From contig CM074519.1 in the NCBI GenBank assembly GCA_037379345.1, positions 35,056,103 to 35,120,102 of the forward strand: a stretch of DNA of 64,000 nt, given 5' to 3'. Each line of letters begins with the position of its first letter. Positions within the stretch are counted from its first letter, which is position 1. The position numbers were made by a program, and so were the translations under genes. This document shows positions 28,206 through 41,586 of the stretch, in pieces. The DNA comes from Perna viridis (Eukaryota). The notes beneath the pieces are model-generated. The model was not told where the DNA came from. It was given only the letters and a program-made list of their open reading frames with translations, and made no database searches.

Positions 28206-28503
28206 TTCACCAGTTATCACCAATTAAACTTCACCAGTGTGCTAGGTCCTTAATATAAACATTATCCAAGACCTCAGCTTTACATTCACCAGCCATCACC
28301 AATAAAACTTCACCTGTCTACTGGGTCCTTAAAATAACATTATTCAAGACTTCAACTTTACATTCACCAGTCATCACCAATTAAACTTCACCAGTCTGCT
28401 GGGCCCTAGCATTTCATTATTCAAGACCTCAACTTTACATTCACCAGTTACCACCAATTAAACTTCACCAGTCTACTAAGCCCTTTACATTATCCCAGAC
28501 CTC
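28206..28503. repeat. ~78-bp tandem repeat, 4 copies, with internal TCACCA sub-repeats
   Basis: Units start at 28206, 28285, 28363 and 28440. Confidence 0.92.
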
Positions 28504-30801
28504 ATCTCATCATCAATAGAACTTTCCACCATCCTATGATATATACACACCATTATCCTGTCAAGTGATTTCTTGTTGATCAATGTTCTATCCATACCGG
28601 ACACGGAGATACTAAGACCTTAATTAATTCTCTCTGAGCTTAAGGTATCAATGAACAAGTAGGAAAAACTGACAGGGGAGATTACTTATATTCAATTTAT
28701 CAACTTTTCAAATCTGATTAAATTCTCCAAGGGTTTCAACAAGGATCAAGTCAAGAATTGCCTTCTTCACAAAATCTCTATATCCTCGACACTGCAGGGT
28801 TAATACTAGAGTATTGAATTCTTGGCGTCTGACTTAAACATTAGTATGATTCCAGGCAAAAATTGGACCTAAACACATCAAGGATTTATACACAATCAAG
28901 ACAATTTTATGACAGCTTGTGTAAATACCTCAGTTTCTAAAACACTTACTAAGGACACTGATTGAAGATTCTTAAAGCTTTAGACAGTGAAATTGGGGGA
29001 TTCTTCTCAATAAGTAGTTTAAGTCTTAATATCTCTATATTAAACTAGATTTTGACACATAAGATCAGATAATATCTATGTTTGGAGAGAAGAGTTTGTC
29101 TGACACCTGCAAATCACAAATAGTGGTCTTTCATCATAGGTCAAATCCAAGTACTAACATTTGGACACTGGTTATTGGTAGTGGCTAGTCTTCAAATGAT
29201 CTTCACAGTAGATATAAATGAAGCAATGTTATCATTGTGTTTTCATAGTATTTAAGTGTGCTACTAAATATTCAAATAAAATAACATCCAGAAAGTGAAT
29301 ACATGCAATTACAGACATACACTTTCTCATTTTTCTGACACATTTTAACTGCATTTTCTTACTGACACTGAATATTTCACATGGAACATTTATTCAAAGA
29401 AACAAGATAAGCAGATTTAATAATAGGTGTCTGATGATATTACAATAGTTTTAGTTCCATGAAAAATTTGTCAAAATTGCAAAAAAATAGTAAGGGCTAA
29501 ATAAACATGGGGAATCTAGTCTCTTTTTAAGTTGACAAAAGAAGTTTAGATGAGCTAATCCAGAAATACAAAATGGGGGAGGGAGTTTAAAACAATATTT
29601 GGACTTTTTTCACAAATATCAAGCACTTTTGAACAAAAGCCAGTTCCAACCATGGGAATCTGCATCCCTAGATCTCCAACTTGCTTGCCCAATAATACTT
29701 TCCAACTAGCCCAGAGTTGTTGGTCCAAGGATGCACAAAAATGACAGAGTAGAAACTATATAGTCTACAGTATGTACTTTATAAAACTGTTTATTGGAAT
29801 ACACAGATTAATTATAATGAAAGTAAATTAATTTCAAAACAAAAGCTAAAAGATTATGAAATACAACATACTTAGAAGTTAGTGTTGGCAACTTGATTAT
29901 GTGCATACTAAGAACAAGAAGCATTATCAAATTGAAACCAGCCAGGTTTCATTTTGGGAAATATTTCAGTACAATGCATATTATATTATGTAACTATATC
30001 ATGATTCAAAAAGAAGATAAAGGACTTCCGCATCAATTGTGACCAGCCCTTTCCTTGTTTGAGAGAGCTTTTGTGGCAAGCCCATACATGTACATGAATG
30101 CGTGCATGTTAATACAGTATGTAGTAGTCAATATACAGGTTTACAAACTGCTTTAAATGATACATTATTCAATAAGTACACTTTGTAAAATTCATGAAAG
30201 TCCATAAATTCTACAGTAAATACAGTATTTAATGTGTGCTATTGTCATTGTTATTTAGTCAGATTTTTTTATAAGTGAAATAATAAAAATCGTGCTAGAT
30301 TTTTGTTTACAAAAATTACTTAATTACTGTGATTGCAATCCTCTCACATTTAATCTTACATGTAGTTCCACATTTTACTGCATTTAATGCATATTCAATT
30401 TTTTTAACTTGATTCGAATTATTAATTGGATAGATTTCCAGTTACCTATTTGCTAATAGACATAGAGCTAACTGACATGTAAAAATTTCACAAGGAAGAG
30501 TCTTTCTTAGTTATATATAATACTGATATCATTATGGTGTATTAAAACATCATTTTCCTTCTACTCCATCATAAGAAATTCAAAAGTTAACACGATTGCC
30601 ATGCATTACAATGCAGTCTTAAAATTACATATAGTGGGATTAAAACACCCTCTGTGAATATGTAATTAGGCCTAGCATCTGTCAACAGCATTTCTACAAA
30701 TTATTCGAATTAACATAGTGGGATGCTAGTTGACACATCAATACTAAATCAATCTGTATTCAAGCCACGAGTTCAACTCGTCAAATAGTAAGACCTCTTA
30801 C

Positions 30802-30861
30802 CTGAGCTTTTATAGTTGGTTTTAGGAACTCATCTTTCTCCTTTAAGGCAGATTCGTCCAT
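30802..30861 (-). CDS. Candidate alternative first coding exon MDESALKEKDEFLKPTIKAQ (frame is open upstream to a possible acceptor giving exon 30802-30912)
   Basis: ATG at 30861, 20 codons, strong phase-0 donor CAG|gtaaga; protein-like composition; CpG-retaining neighbourhood 30.7-31.2 kb. Confidence 0.65.
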
Positions 30862-33800
30862 AGATTTGCAAATGTTTGAGTATAAAAATGTCACCTTCGA
30901 ATCAGATATCACCTGACATGGCCATTACGAGTCAATGTAAATGAATGTGAATTGAATGATCTGGTATCCTATTGATCCAGCCACGATATGAGCCCTGTGG
31001 ATTCACAGTTGATTGACTTAAACATCTCCAGCGAGATATCTATTTTATTTCTCCCAGTATCTGTCCAAGTTATCTTCATTTGCCATAATCACGTTTTTAT
31101 AAAGCTATCGTGAGGTGAATTGAATGTGAAGCAAATTATCACATAGAGTCGAGAAGCAGGATAACTGATACAATATGAATGATTATTCTCCATGGAGCTG
31201 GCAATATGTAGCCAAATCATGTCAGATTTCACTGATTCCTCAGTCAAAGCAAATTGAAATAAAATAATACATTAATGACATAGATAGTGACTTATCATTA
31301 TATCTTACCATTGTCAGTTTAATGAATCATTTATCTGGTGGTGAGAGGAGATTATAACTTAGGGGTGAGGAAGGAACTGAGGGAATTATCTTCAACAAAG
31401 ATAAATTGCTGTTTCCTAACACCTGCAAATCTAACCGAGATTTTTTTTATTTGTTTTTCCAATTTAATACTGAAAATCAATTAATTTTCGCAGACACTTT
31501 TTTTTCTCAATAAGGAGATACATCCATTTGTGTAACCATCTTATTTCATGATTAACAGTCTCTTTAAGATGTATTCAATTATAAAGGGATTTATTGGTGG
31601 CAATTAATTTCCATGGTCTTTTCTTGATCACAAATTTCGTTGCTCATGAAGAGCTATAGAGATCCCATGATTCTAATTCCTTTTGGAGGTTTACTTTAGG
31701 CAGGTTTGACTACACAAGATTTCATCCTAATACATTTAAAAGGAGTAAGCCTAACCTTATGAAATAACCTTTTTCCCACAAAAGTTTTATAATATTCATG
31801 TACTTAATCTTACCAGCTCACATTACCTGACAATTTTTTGTAATAACAAATACTTGTATAAATTGTCTCCTTTTACATCAAAAGCAGTGCATTCATGTTT
31901 GTGAAATCGATTTCCATGTTATTCCCATTTAAAATAGCTTAATTTAACATTGTCGCTATTTATTTTCAACTTGGAAAGGACGGCCATTGAAACCTGAATC
32001 TATGGAGCCCTTACATCAGATTTCCGCTCTTCCATTAGCCAACCAATTATAATAAAAGTTTAAATTAAGTGCTTGGTAAACAACAATATAAGTTAGGAGT
32101 CCTGACATTTTAATAAGCAAATACCCTTCTTTATTCCCTGCTATTTCCTCTGGAAAACCAGCTCTTCAGAGGAGAATCAAAACTAATGGCGATCAGCTGC
32201 TAATAGCTGAGAGTTTAATTGTATCCATCTAAATATGACTGCAAACTTTAATCAACATTGATTATTTTGAGAACTTCAAATAAATTAAAAACAAACGTTC
32301 TATGAAAGGTCTTTTATTGTATTCTGTAGAAGTAAAAGGTGTCTATTTCAAAACAAGTTTGTATTTATCTTACCATTATGCCAGGTGAATGGCAGAAATC
32401 AAAAGGAACAGACTTTGTAACTTTATTTTTTCGTGGCTTAATTGCATTTTTAACCAAAGAAGTCCAGCTGCACTACATGTGTATAGTCAGAGAAACCTTG
32501 AATAATGCTCACTTAAGGAATTACCTCAACTCCATACCAACTTAACATTATAGCCATCATATAAACAAAGTTATTCTAAGAGGAACTTGATGTCCTTCAG
32601 TCTTAAATCCCACAAAAGGGCATACCTATATCAAACTTGTAAAAATATATCAAAAGCTCATACATAGTTATGAGTAGTAGCAGAGTTAAATGTAAAAAAA
32701 ATTGTGGTCCAAAGGATGGACTGTAGGATCAGAGCATCTAAGCTGGATATAAAAACATAATGTAAATTGGAAAGGAAAGATAACAGAACTTGACACCTAA
32801 TTATTTTACCCATTAACAGATCTTGGTTGTATGCAAAAAAAACCTGTCTTTACATGTATTGTACCAGGGGTTACATTTAACCAACATTTTGGTTGATATC
32901 ATTTCCTTCCATTTGTGGTATTTTCTCACTGTTTTAAATATCTAATAAATCACCCATGTTATTAACTTACTCATACCAAACAGCAGGATTTTTCTCTTAA
33001 CCTTATGTCTTTGAGAAACCCTAATCCTTTTGTTCAGAGAGAAGTTAGATTAATCACAAGTATTTATCCACATTTCTCAAACTGAGCTTTCTCAGGTGCA
33101 CCTTATTGCAAATTTCAAAATCCATATCAATTTTTCTTCTGATTTTCCATTGCATCTGAGTCAAACCATTGATATTTTAAACCGCTTCAAAAGGAAAGCA
33201 TATTATGAACCTAAAATTAATATTACTGACAGATTACTCAATCTGGACCACAGACAATAGCCCACTGGGTAAATAACTTCTCAACCCAGCTATGTATTGT
33301 ATAAGATGTCAGGCAACTAAGAGATTTGACCCTCAACGAGGATTTCTCCGAATAATCCAATTCACTATGAACCATTTGTCATTTGTTCAGTAAAAACATA
33401 TTATGTCAACAAAATTACACAGTATTAAAGGAGCTGTTCTCCTTGAAAGACAGATAGAAAAAGAATTTAATCCTGAGATTATTAGCTAAGGTTCCATACA
33501 TGGTGAGGTTTAATTTAAAGTGTATGTATGAAATGTGAAATACCAGCTTTTCCCAGTTTTTATCAGAGAATAAATATGTAGACTAGTATAAAGTGTTTAG
33601 ACTCCTATCAACAATATGTACCCTCTGGCACTTCACATATCCATCCTCATGCCATACAGCAGGAAATTTTCATGGTTTTTTTTCAGTTTTTATGAGTTCC
33701 ACAGTTAATCATTAAATGTTAAAAAAAATATCTAAGATTAACTTGTCAATCTTAAAAATTGAATTACAGCTAATACCTCTATTTTGGAATATTTTCTAAT

Positions 33801-33884
33801 TTTAACACAGTCATCCCAGCAAATCACATTTCCTTTTTCCCCTACCAGAGCACCATATTTTATTAGCAACTCTGAAGGTGTTTC

Positions 33885-34285
33885 TAGGAAAACAGACGAC
33901 ACTTACCCTACCGGGCTCCCTGTATTTTGTGGAGTCCAAATTGCTTAATTACTTGGTCATTTCATGTCAGGGTTGGACACTAACAGTAGTCCAGTAGTCC
34001 TGTGCCACCCTAATTAGAGAGAGGACTACCTAGAAATTTTAATGGGTAGTCCTTTGGGCTACCTAAATTTAGTCTTCAAATTTTACTATACCTAAAGACA
34101 GAGTCGCAAAATTATTTTGAGGACTACCAAATTTATTGATCAGAAAGTCCCTTGGGCTACCTAGCTAAAACACTTAGTGTCAAATCCTGCATGTTCCTTG
34201 TCATGTGTGTTTGTTTTCCCTGTCTAGTCCTTATCCATGAAAAACATTCCATAGATTTCCACTAAAATCTTGGTTCCCTTGATTA
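33885..34285. repeat. Older interspersed repeat interrupted by a MITE
   Basis: GACACTTACCCTACCGG... on the left and ...TTCCACTAAAATCTTGGTTCCCTTGAT on the right; the latter motif recurs at ~60818-60845. Confidence 0.5.
33968..34189. mobile_element. 222-bp hAT-like MITE with 5-bp TSD (CATGT)
   Basis: TIRs CAGGGTTGGACACTAA / TTAGTGTCAAATCCTG (14/16); CATGT on both sides; repeated internal GGRCTACC motifs in both orientations. Confidence 0.8.
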
Positions 34286-34544
34286 GTCTTACGTGTCATC
34301 TAATAAATATTCATTAATAAAACGATAGAAATTTGCCAGAACATGTTTGTCTAAAGGTTGAGGTCATTACTAAATAAGATATCTGTCTTTATATAGCAAC
34401 TGTGACTGCACACATCTTGAAAGGAACTAATAAGAAAATATGGGTGCTGTTGTGATGATTAATTAATTCATAAATATTACAAGTGCAAGAGCATTGAAGT
34501 TTTTTTTCCAGATATTTCTTTTATACAACATAGACAATTATGTG

Positions 34545-34850
34545 CAGTAAAAAAAATCGGTCTAAACTTAACCCTGATTAATCCAAAAATCTGTCTAAAC
34601 TAAACCCTAAATAATCCAAAAACCTGTCTTAACTAAACCCTGTTTAATTTTTAAAAAACTGTCCAAACTAAACCCTGATTAATCCAAAAACCTGTCAAAA
34701 CTAAACTCTGATTAATCAAAAAACCTGTCAAAACTAAACCCTGATTAATAAAAAAAACTGTCAAAACCATACACTGATTAATAAAAAAAATCTGTCCAAA
34801 CTAACCAATGATTAATCCCAAAACCTGTCAAAACTAAACCCTGATTAATA
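34545..34850. repeat. ~33-bp minisatellite AAACCTGTCAAAACTAAACCCTGATTAATCCAA, ~9 copies
   Basis: Directly visible; the array starts at CAGTAAAA. Confidence 0.93.
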
Positions 34851-35200
34851 AAGAACTAAACATAGAATCAGTATTGATAGAAAGTGTACAAAGGGGGATC
34901 ACTCTAATTATTTTATCATACAAAATTAGCTTAATATTTAAATTCCAATACAAACTTGTATGTGATTCCTGTCAATAAATATGAAAAAAATGTAAGACTT
35001 GATCATTACCATACAACACTGTATTTTTTGTTCATTGAATGCCACAACATAATTTATTGAATGCCCCTACAATAACTACAATTAGGAACTTTAACCATGA
35101 ATGATCCTATCAATTAAGACATCAGATGAGGACTTGTATAAGATGAATCAACATGAGTTTAGATCCCTCCATTATTAATAAGGTGAAATATGATTTACAA

Positions 35201-35349
35201 TTTATGAACTTCTCTTTAGTATATTTTATGTAAATCAAATTTTGTGAACTTCTCTTTAATACATTTACATGAACATCTTTTTAATACATTTAAGTTAATT
35301 AAAATTCATGAACTGCTCTCTAATACATTTTTTGTATTACAACTTCTCC
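35201..35349. repeat. Degenerate repeat of TGAACTTCTCTTTAATACATTT (4-5 copies, irregular spacing)
   Basis: Directly visible. Confidence 0.65.
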
Positions 35350-36315
35350 CTGTTGCATCAAACTGTGTACATAGATGTTATTAAGGTGAAATCAATGACA
35401 ATCATTTTTATTAACATCAAATATAACATTTTTTGTAGAAGTTGTAATAATGGAAGAATCTGTTTCTGAAATAATTCATAAAAAAATAAAAGTGTCATGC
35501 ATGAAAAGAAAAAAAAACATCATAAGTTAGGAAACAAATGACTGAAAACATTTTGACCATAAAAAGCCATAAAAATGTTGATATTTTTCCCTATTATTGC
35601 TTGCCTACCTCCGCATCTTAAGTCTAATTTCACAATTTTTTATCAAAAGCTTTTGGGGTTTTTTTTAAGCCTGTACACAGTTAACCATAAATTTGTTATT
35701 TTTTTTACCTTATTCACATAAACCTACAGCAGCTGAAAAGTCTAGTAAGTTATAGTAAATCAACTTCAATGTTTTTGTAGCTTTGACTATTTTTTTTTTT
35801 CAGATTTGGCTATTTTTCTCACCAAAAAGCTTCAAATATATTCACAGACAAATACATCAATAATAAGTACCATACAAAAGAGGCTTGTGATAAAATATTG
35901 TTGAAAACATCAATTTCTATACATTTATTATTCATTTATTTGTACACCATATGATTCCATGAATGTCAGCAGTTACAATAACAAAGATATTATCAGATGA
36001 CATAAATATATGGTTGTCATACTGAATGTAGTTAAGTAGATATACATGTGTGTATACTGAGCAAAGGATTGATTATTGATCAATTAACAAATTCAAACAG
36101 AAATTCAATACTAATTAGCATTGATATAAAAAATGAATTTATCAAAACCATGTAATATTTGAAATTCAAATAGAAACTAATAGATGATATGTTTTATTGT
36201 TTCAAATTTCAAGTTTCCTATATACATGTAGCTTAACTTTCAAAAATACAGAAAAAGTTGAGGAACTAAAAGAAAATGGTTTCAATCTAGAGTTTGTGGG
36301 CTCATTTGTAAATAC

Positions 36316-36526
36316 TACTGTGGAAATGCCATTGTTTGTGAGGTACCAACGTTTATGGTTTTCATGGGCAGGTTAAACCAAGGAATTTGGTTCCCACTGA
36401 AATGGAAATTTTGCATTGAGGTGTATACTGAAAATATAAAAGCCACAAATTCAGGAATCCACGAATATGTGTTTCTTTCATAATCCACGAAAATTTGTAT
36501 CAACAAATTAAAGTACTTTCACAGTA
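36316..36526. mobile_element. TACTGT...ACAGTA MITE (TA-target type)
   Basis: TACTGTGGAAA ... TTTCACAGTA termini with repeated subterminal AATCCACGAA motifs. Confidence 0.75.
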
Positions 36527-36670
36527 TTTTTTTTACTGTAATAATAGACCCAATGTCCATTAGTGTCACTCTACAATCTGACATAAGTGTTGATGTTAAT
36601 GATATAAATAAACCACGTCATCAAAAAGGAAGTTATTGTTGTTGCCTAAACCCAAAATAAAATTCCCTAT

Positions 36671-37130
36671 GGCCAAAAAAAAAAATGTCTGTTTAGGGTT
36701 ACATTCCTCCCAAAAATAGGGTAGGTAGGTAGGCATTTTCATTTTTTGTTTTTTTTTCATTTTATTTTTTTTATGACTGAAGTTGAGCCTATATTTGTTA
36801 AATAGCATCATGTTTATGTCATAAAAGTGTTTGGTTTTAAGTAGAAAATTTAATTTTTAACATACACACCTATTAATCATGTCTTTTATCACAATACACT
36901 TTTTTAAAGTAATTTTGAACAAAATATAAGTACACTGTATTTACACTTGGATATAGGTAATATAAATCAGTCTCCTATTCAAACACTATTGTGACCTGGT
37001 TTTAAAGGAAATGATCCGTATTATACCGGAAATTACCGATTTTGTAAACTTTGGAGAAAAAATATATTAGGGTCGGGAGAAAAAATTAGGGTCGGTCGGG
37101 AAACCCGAAACAGACATATTTTTTGGGGCC
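36671..37130. mobile_element. 460-bp GGCC-terminated MITE (Zator/Harbinger-like, TWA-type target)
   Basis: GGCCAAAAAAAAAAATGTCTGTTT ... AAACAGACATATTTTTTGGGGCC; flanks TAT/TAA; subterminal TAGGGTAGG/TAGGGTCGG motifs. Confidence 0.8.
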
Positions 37131-37139
37131 TAATATGAC

Positions 37140-37285
37140 GCATCTACACAATACTAGTGTCAAAAATATATCAAGTAGCTGTGACAAGTTGTAGTAGAGA
37201 AAATCGTTACAAAAAAAAAATACCAGACAGACAGACTAAGGGTAAAACAATATACCCCTTATTTCAGAACAGAAATGTGTGTAAT
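37140..37285 (+). mobile_element. 3' fragment of a HINE/pearl-like element
   Basis: CAGACAGACAGAC followed by GGGTAAAACAATATACCCC. Similar fragments lie at ~43700-44030 and ~45400-45600. Confidence 0.5.
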
Positions 37286-39851
37286 AACAAAACAAAAACA
37301 CTGACATGAAATGTATCATGTCTGAACATCTCAAAATCTTTCCTCCCATTTTTTTTATTTTTTTTTGGGGGGGAGAAGGGGAGTTGTCAATATATATTAG
37401 AATATAAGCTGAAATTGAAGCTCCACTACAAGAACCTTAATCCTTATTTTCATTGATTCTCAAATCACTCATGGGATGTGTTGAATGTGTTTGCACTATT
37501 AAGGAAGTTGACAACAAACATGGTCTCCAAGTGTTCCTGCACGTAATAAGTTATGATGTTTTATGAAAATCTCGGTCATTTACACTAGTCCTACACTTGA
37601 AGTCATGCTCATTTATAAACAAATGTACTCTTACCTTAAGGAGTAATGGGTGGAAGGATTCAGGGGGATATAACAAACCCTCTTCGGAAGCAGAACCATG
37701 TTAATAAACAAATAAAAACTTGCTTAAAAATTTGTGAAGCACTACTATATTTTGTCTTAATGCCCCTCCCTCTTTCCATCAGAGCATTCACTCTCTCAAT
37801 ATAACACAACACATGTAACTGTTAACAACAATGATTTTATCACTTGACAATTATTTTGTTATTTCACATTATCCCAGCCTGTGTTGATGTAAATGGTAAT
37901 GAGAATTTTAACCAGGAGATGACCTTATTAGCAGCTTTAATTAATCTAATTAAACTCTTGTAGAAATCCTGAAATCCCTACAGATCATGCAGGAAAAAAT
38001 TCAGTAATTCTGAATGGGTAAACAATCTTAATGATGACAGTGTTCTAAGTCACGAGCGCACTCCAGTTTTTTTCTTTTAAATTAAAAGGGGCATACATCA
38101 CATAAATAATTACCAATTAATTTCTTTAACTTATACTCTAAAAATTTTAAAACTTAAAATGAATTAAGTAAGTGTAAGTGTTTGTAAGAATCAGGCAAAA
38201 TGGGAAAAATCAGAAGCATGCTTGTAAAAACCAATACTCAAGGATGCTTTCTCTATTTGAAAAGGCCATTATTCAATCCCTGCATCACTGGATTTGCTCA
38301 GAAATTTTTCAACTGAATGTTAGAAAAATGAGGTTTTGACAGAGTAATCTGCCCTTGAAATGCTAATTTTCAGTGCATTTCAATGAACTTATAACTCAAT
38401 TTCACTATATGATATGGAAAATCTCTATTTTTTCCTTGCATGATTCTGACTGTACAATATGGTAGGTTTTTTACCATGTTTCACACACAGCCTGATTCTT
38501 ACAGAGACCAACACTTAATACTTAATTCAAATGAATATCACATAAACTCTTTCAGAAATTCAGGTGAAAGTCATGTGAAATTCAGGTGAAATTCATGTGA
38601 AAGATCAATTCCTATTCATATAATCACATGTGTGAAATCCAAGACCAACAGGAAACACCATACATGTATTTCAGAAGGGAACCAACAGAGATGTTATCAG
38701 CTGACCATTATTGCTTTAGTTCTCACCACTTTAGAATCTTAACACTAAGGTAATGAGAACTTTAACCACAAGATGAACTCATCATGGTATACCTATCAAT
38801 CCTTTACTGATCTAATCAATCAGGTCATAGACTAACTAAATTTGCCACTTGTATCATGGAAAAACATCAATATGCCTGTCTATACAAAGCCCCTTCAGAT
38901 ATTAATTGCTTTTCAATAATTGATCCATCTGTATAGTTATAAGCTTATACCATTATCATGCCTGGGATTATGATCCAGTTTCTGCATTATTGATTTGGTG
39001 GATTTGATCGGTTGAAGTACCACTAAATAGATTCAGAGGCTTCTTTTCTCTCCTGGAGAAACGTCAATCATGTTTGTTGTTATAGAGTATCTGAGTGATT
39101 TCTTTGGCTTCCCTGTTACTATCATACTGTCACATTGTTAATAAAATGTTAGGCTTTCCTTTCTTTAAACAATATGCACTTGGTCTATCATTATACTTCT
39201 TTCTGGTATTTAAGTAATACATGGTTCTGAATATGTCATCCTCTATGACAAAACCAGTAAACATGATAAAGAAACTACAAATCAGAGATGGCTTTAGAAT
39301 ACCATGTATTATACCTTCAACTGCTTTAATACCTAACCATATAAAAAATACAGCATTTTGTGCTATATTTCAGAGCAAGCTTAGTAAGTTTTTCCCACAA
39401 GATAAATGCAACACTTTCCCATAAAATTTTTAACAGCTTTTAACCCTTTTTTACCTGGAAAGTGTTGCATTTACCTACAGGAAATGCTGACTGAGTCCGT
39501 TCAGAAAAAGGCATGAAATGGGGCTTCAGGACCACTAGAACTTGAACTAAAGAGTCATAGGAAAGACCAATTAAAGACATCTACAATTTCCTCAGGATTT
39601 GCATTTGTAGCATAAAAATGGTCCAGTTCTTTCAAATAGATTTTTTTTAAATAGACTTCAGTGCTAATACACAAGTAAATTTAATATGCATAGCAACTGG
39701 TTGACTGTAAACTGATTTAATAATATAGATTTTAAGATGTATTAATCCATTTTCAGGCTATTTGATTTTGTGACTTAAACTATTCTATTATAAAAAGAAT
39801 TATTCCTAGCCATTTGTTTTCATAGATTTTTTTCTTGCTTGCAGAAGTAGA

Positions 39852-40153
39852 AAAAATAAATCACTGCCCTATATAAGTTGGTTTATAATACTCCTATACT
39901 GCCCTATATAAATTGGTTTATAATACTCCTATACTGCCTATATAAGTTGGTTTATAATACTCCTATACTGCCCTATATAAATTGGTTTATAATACTCCTA
40001 TACTGTAAAATAAATCACTGCCCTACATAAGTTGGTTTATAATACTCCTATTTCCCTACATAAATTGGTTTATAATACTCCTATTTCCCTACATAAATTG
40101 GTTTATAATACTCCTATACTGCCCTATATAAGTTGGTTTATAATACTCCTATA
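39852..40153. repeat. 33-35-bp minisatellite CTGCCCTATATAAGTTGGTTTATAATACTCCTATA, 8 copies in two blocks
   Basis: Units at 39864, 39899, 39934 and 39968; then the flank AAAATAAATCA recurs and four more units follow. Explains ORFs 40032 and 40133. Confidence 0.95.
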
Positions 40154-41586
40154 TCTCCAATCATACTTAGTATCAAATCATTACAGAATACTCATACTCT
40201 TCAGGAAAACGTCAAGTTGTGTGGTATTGTCTGTACTTCATTTGATTCCATTCTTTCTAACTCCTACATCAAATGCTCAGTCTTTCATTTTCAAATTCAA
40301 CAAGTTGCCGAAGTGAATAATTTAAGAGATTCTCAAAAATCAATGGACAGCTATAGGACCACATCTAAATCTATACAAATCACCAAATAAATTACATCAC
40401 GAGAGCACATGCTCCGATGCATGCAATTATAGATTCAATTTATCTTATTAAACAAGGAACAAGCAAACATGTCCTTATATGGATCAATAACATGGCATTT
40501 GTCGAGCATTTGTTCTGTGCATGGTTGTGATTTGATAAAAACATGATTGCAATTATATACCTAGAATCTACTGAGAAATTAATTTCAATAAATGGTTTGT
40601 AAGCAACTGATGCTTATACAATTAACTGTAAATCTGCTTCCACAAACTCTAAAAAAACATAATAACTGTATTAAGACCTACACATTTTACAACCCTTTCG
40701 TCTGCTTTACATTAGCAGCACGCTGGTAATAAACAGCTGGAAAAAAAAACCATCCTCTCTTTCCATTTGTTTCAAACCAGTAAATGGAAAACAATGAAAA
40801 AATGATTGAAGCTGTAATAAATTTCTCACTTAAAATACAAATATTGCAACAAAACCTATTAAAACCATTGTGTTTTTTAAGCTATGTTAAATGCATGTTG
40901 AGACAGGAGGACAACAAACAGCTTCCATGCACATTTAGTACAGGTAAATCCATTTTGTAGCAGTTCATACAGCCATAATCTGATAATTCTGCTTCCTAAA
41001 TCTGAAGTAATCTCAATTTCATTCTTGGCAATTTTTCCTATTTTTCTATTCTTTTTGTAATATTACATATCTTTTAAACTCAAGTACAGTAACACAAAAT
41101 TCATAGACACAAAAACTTTGACATTACATCCAGACAATTTACTAGACATGCTCTGAGAGGCATGTCAATTGTTTATTATTTTTTACTTTTTTTTACCACA
41201 AAATGAATTATTCATCTCTTGTCAAACCAATTAATGCTCTAAATTATGTAGTAAACTTTTCTGATATAATTCAATTATGTACAGCTTTTATCATTGGGTA
41301 ATATACTTCAGAACTAAATTAAATTTCAATCCCTCAAGTTCATACTTTTATTGCATGGCATTTATATATGTACATGTCTTAATTTAGAAAGAGTTATAAT
41401 AGTGCCTTATTTTTGTTAAAATAAGTGTCTTGCATAGCTATGAAAAATGTTTATTTTTAATGACCAATAAAAATCCATTAGGATAAAATTATGTAAGTCT
41501 GGCGATTTGGCTAATTATTCATCAACTCAAAAGGTAATCTACTTTCAATTACATGTACATGTATACACAAACATGTTGTTTTCAAA

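Noticed and set aside
34545-34850. TAAACCC words as interstitial telomere
   Set aside because: They are embedded singly in a 33-bp unit, not (TTAGGG)n runs.
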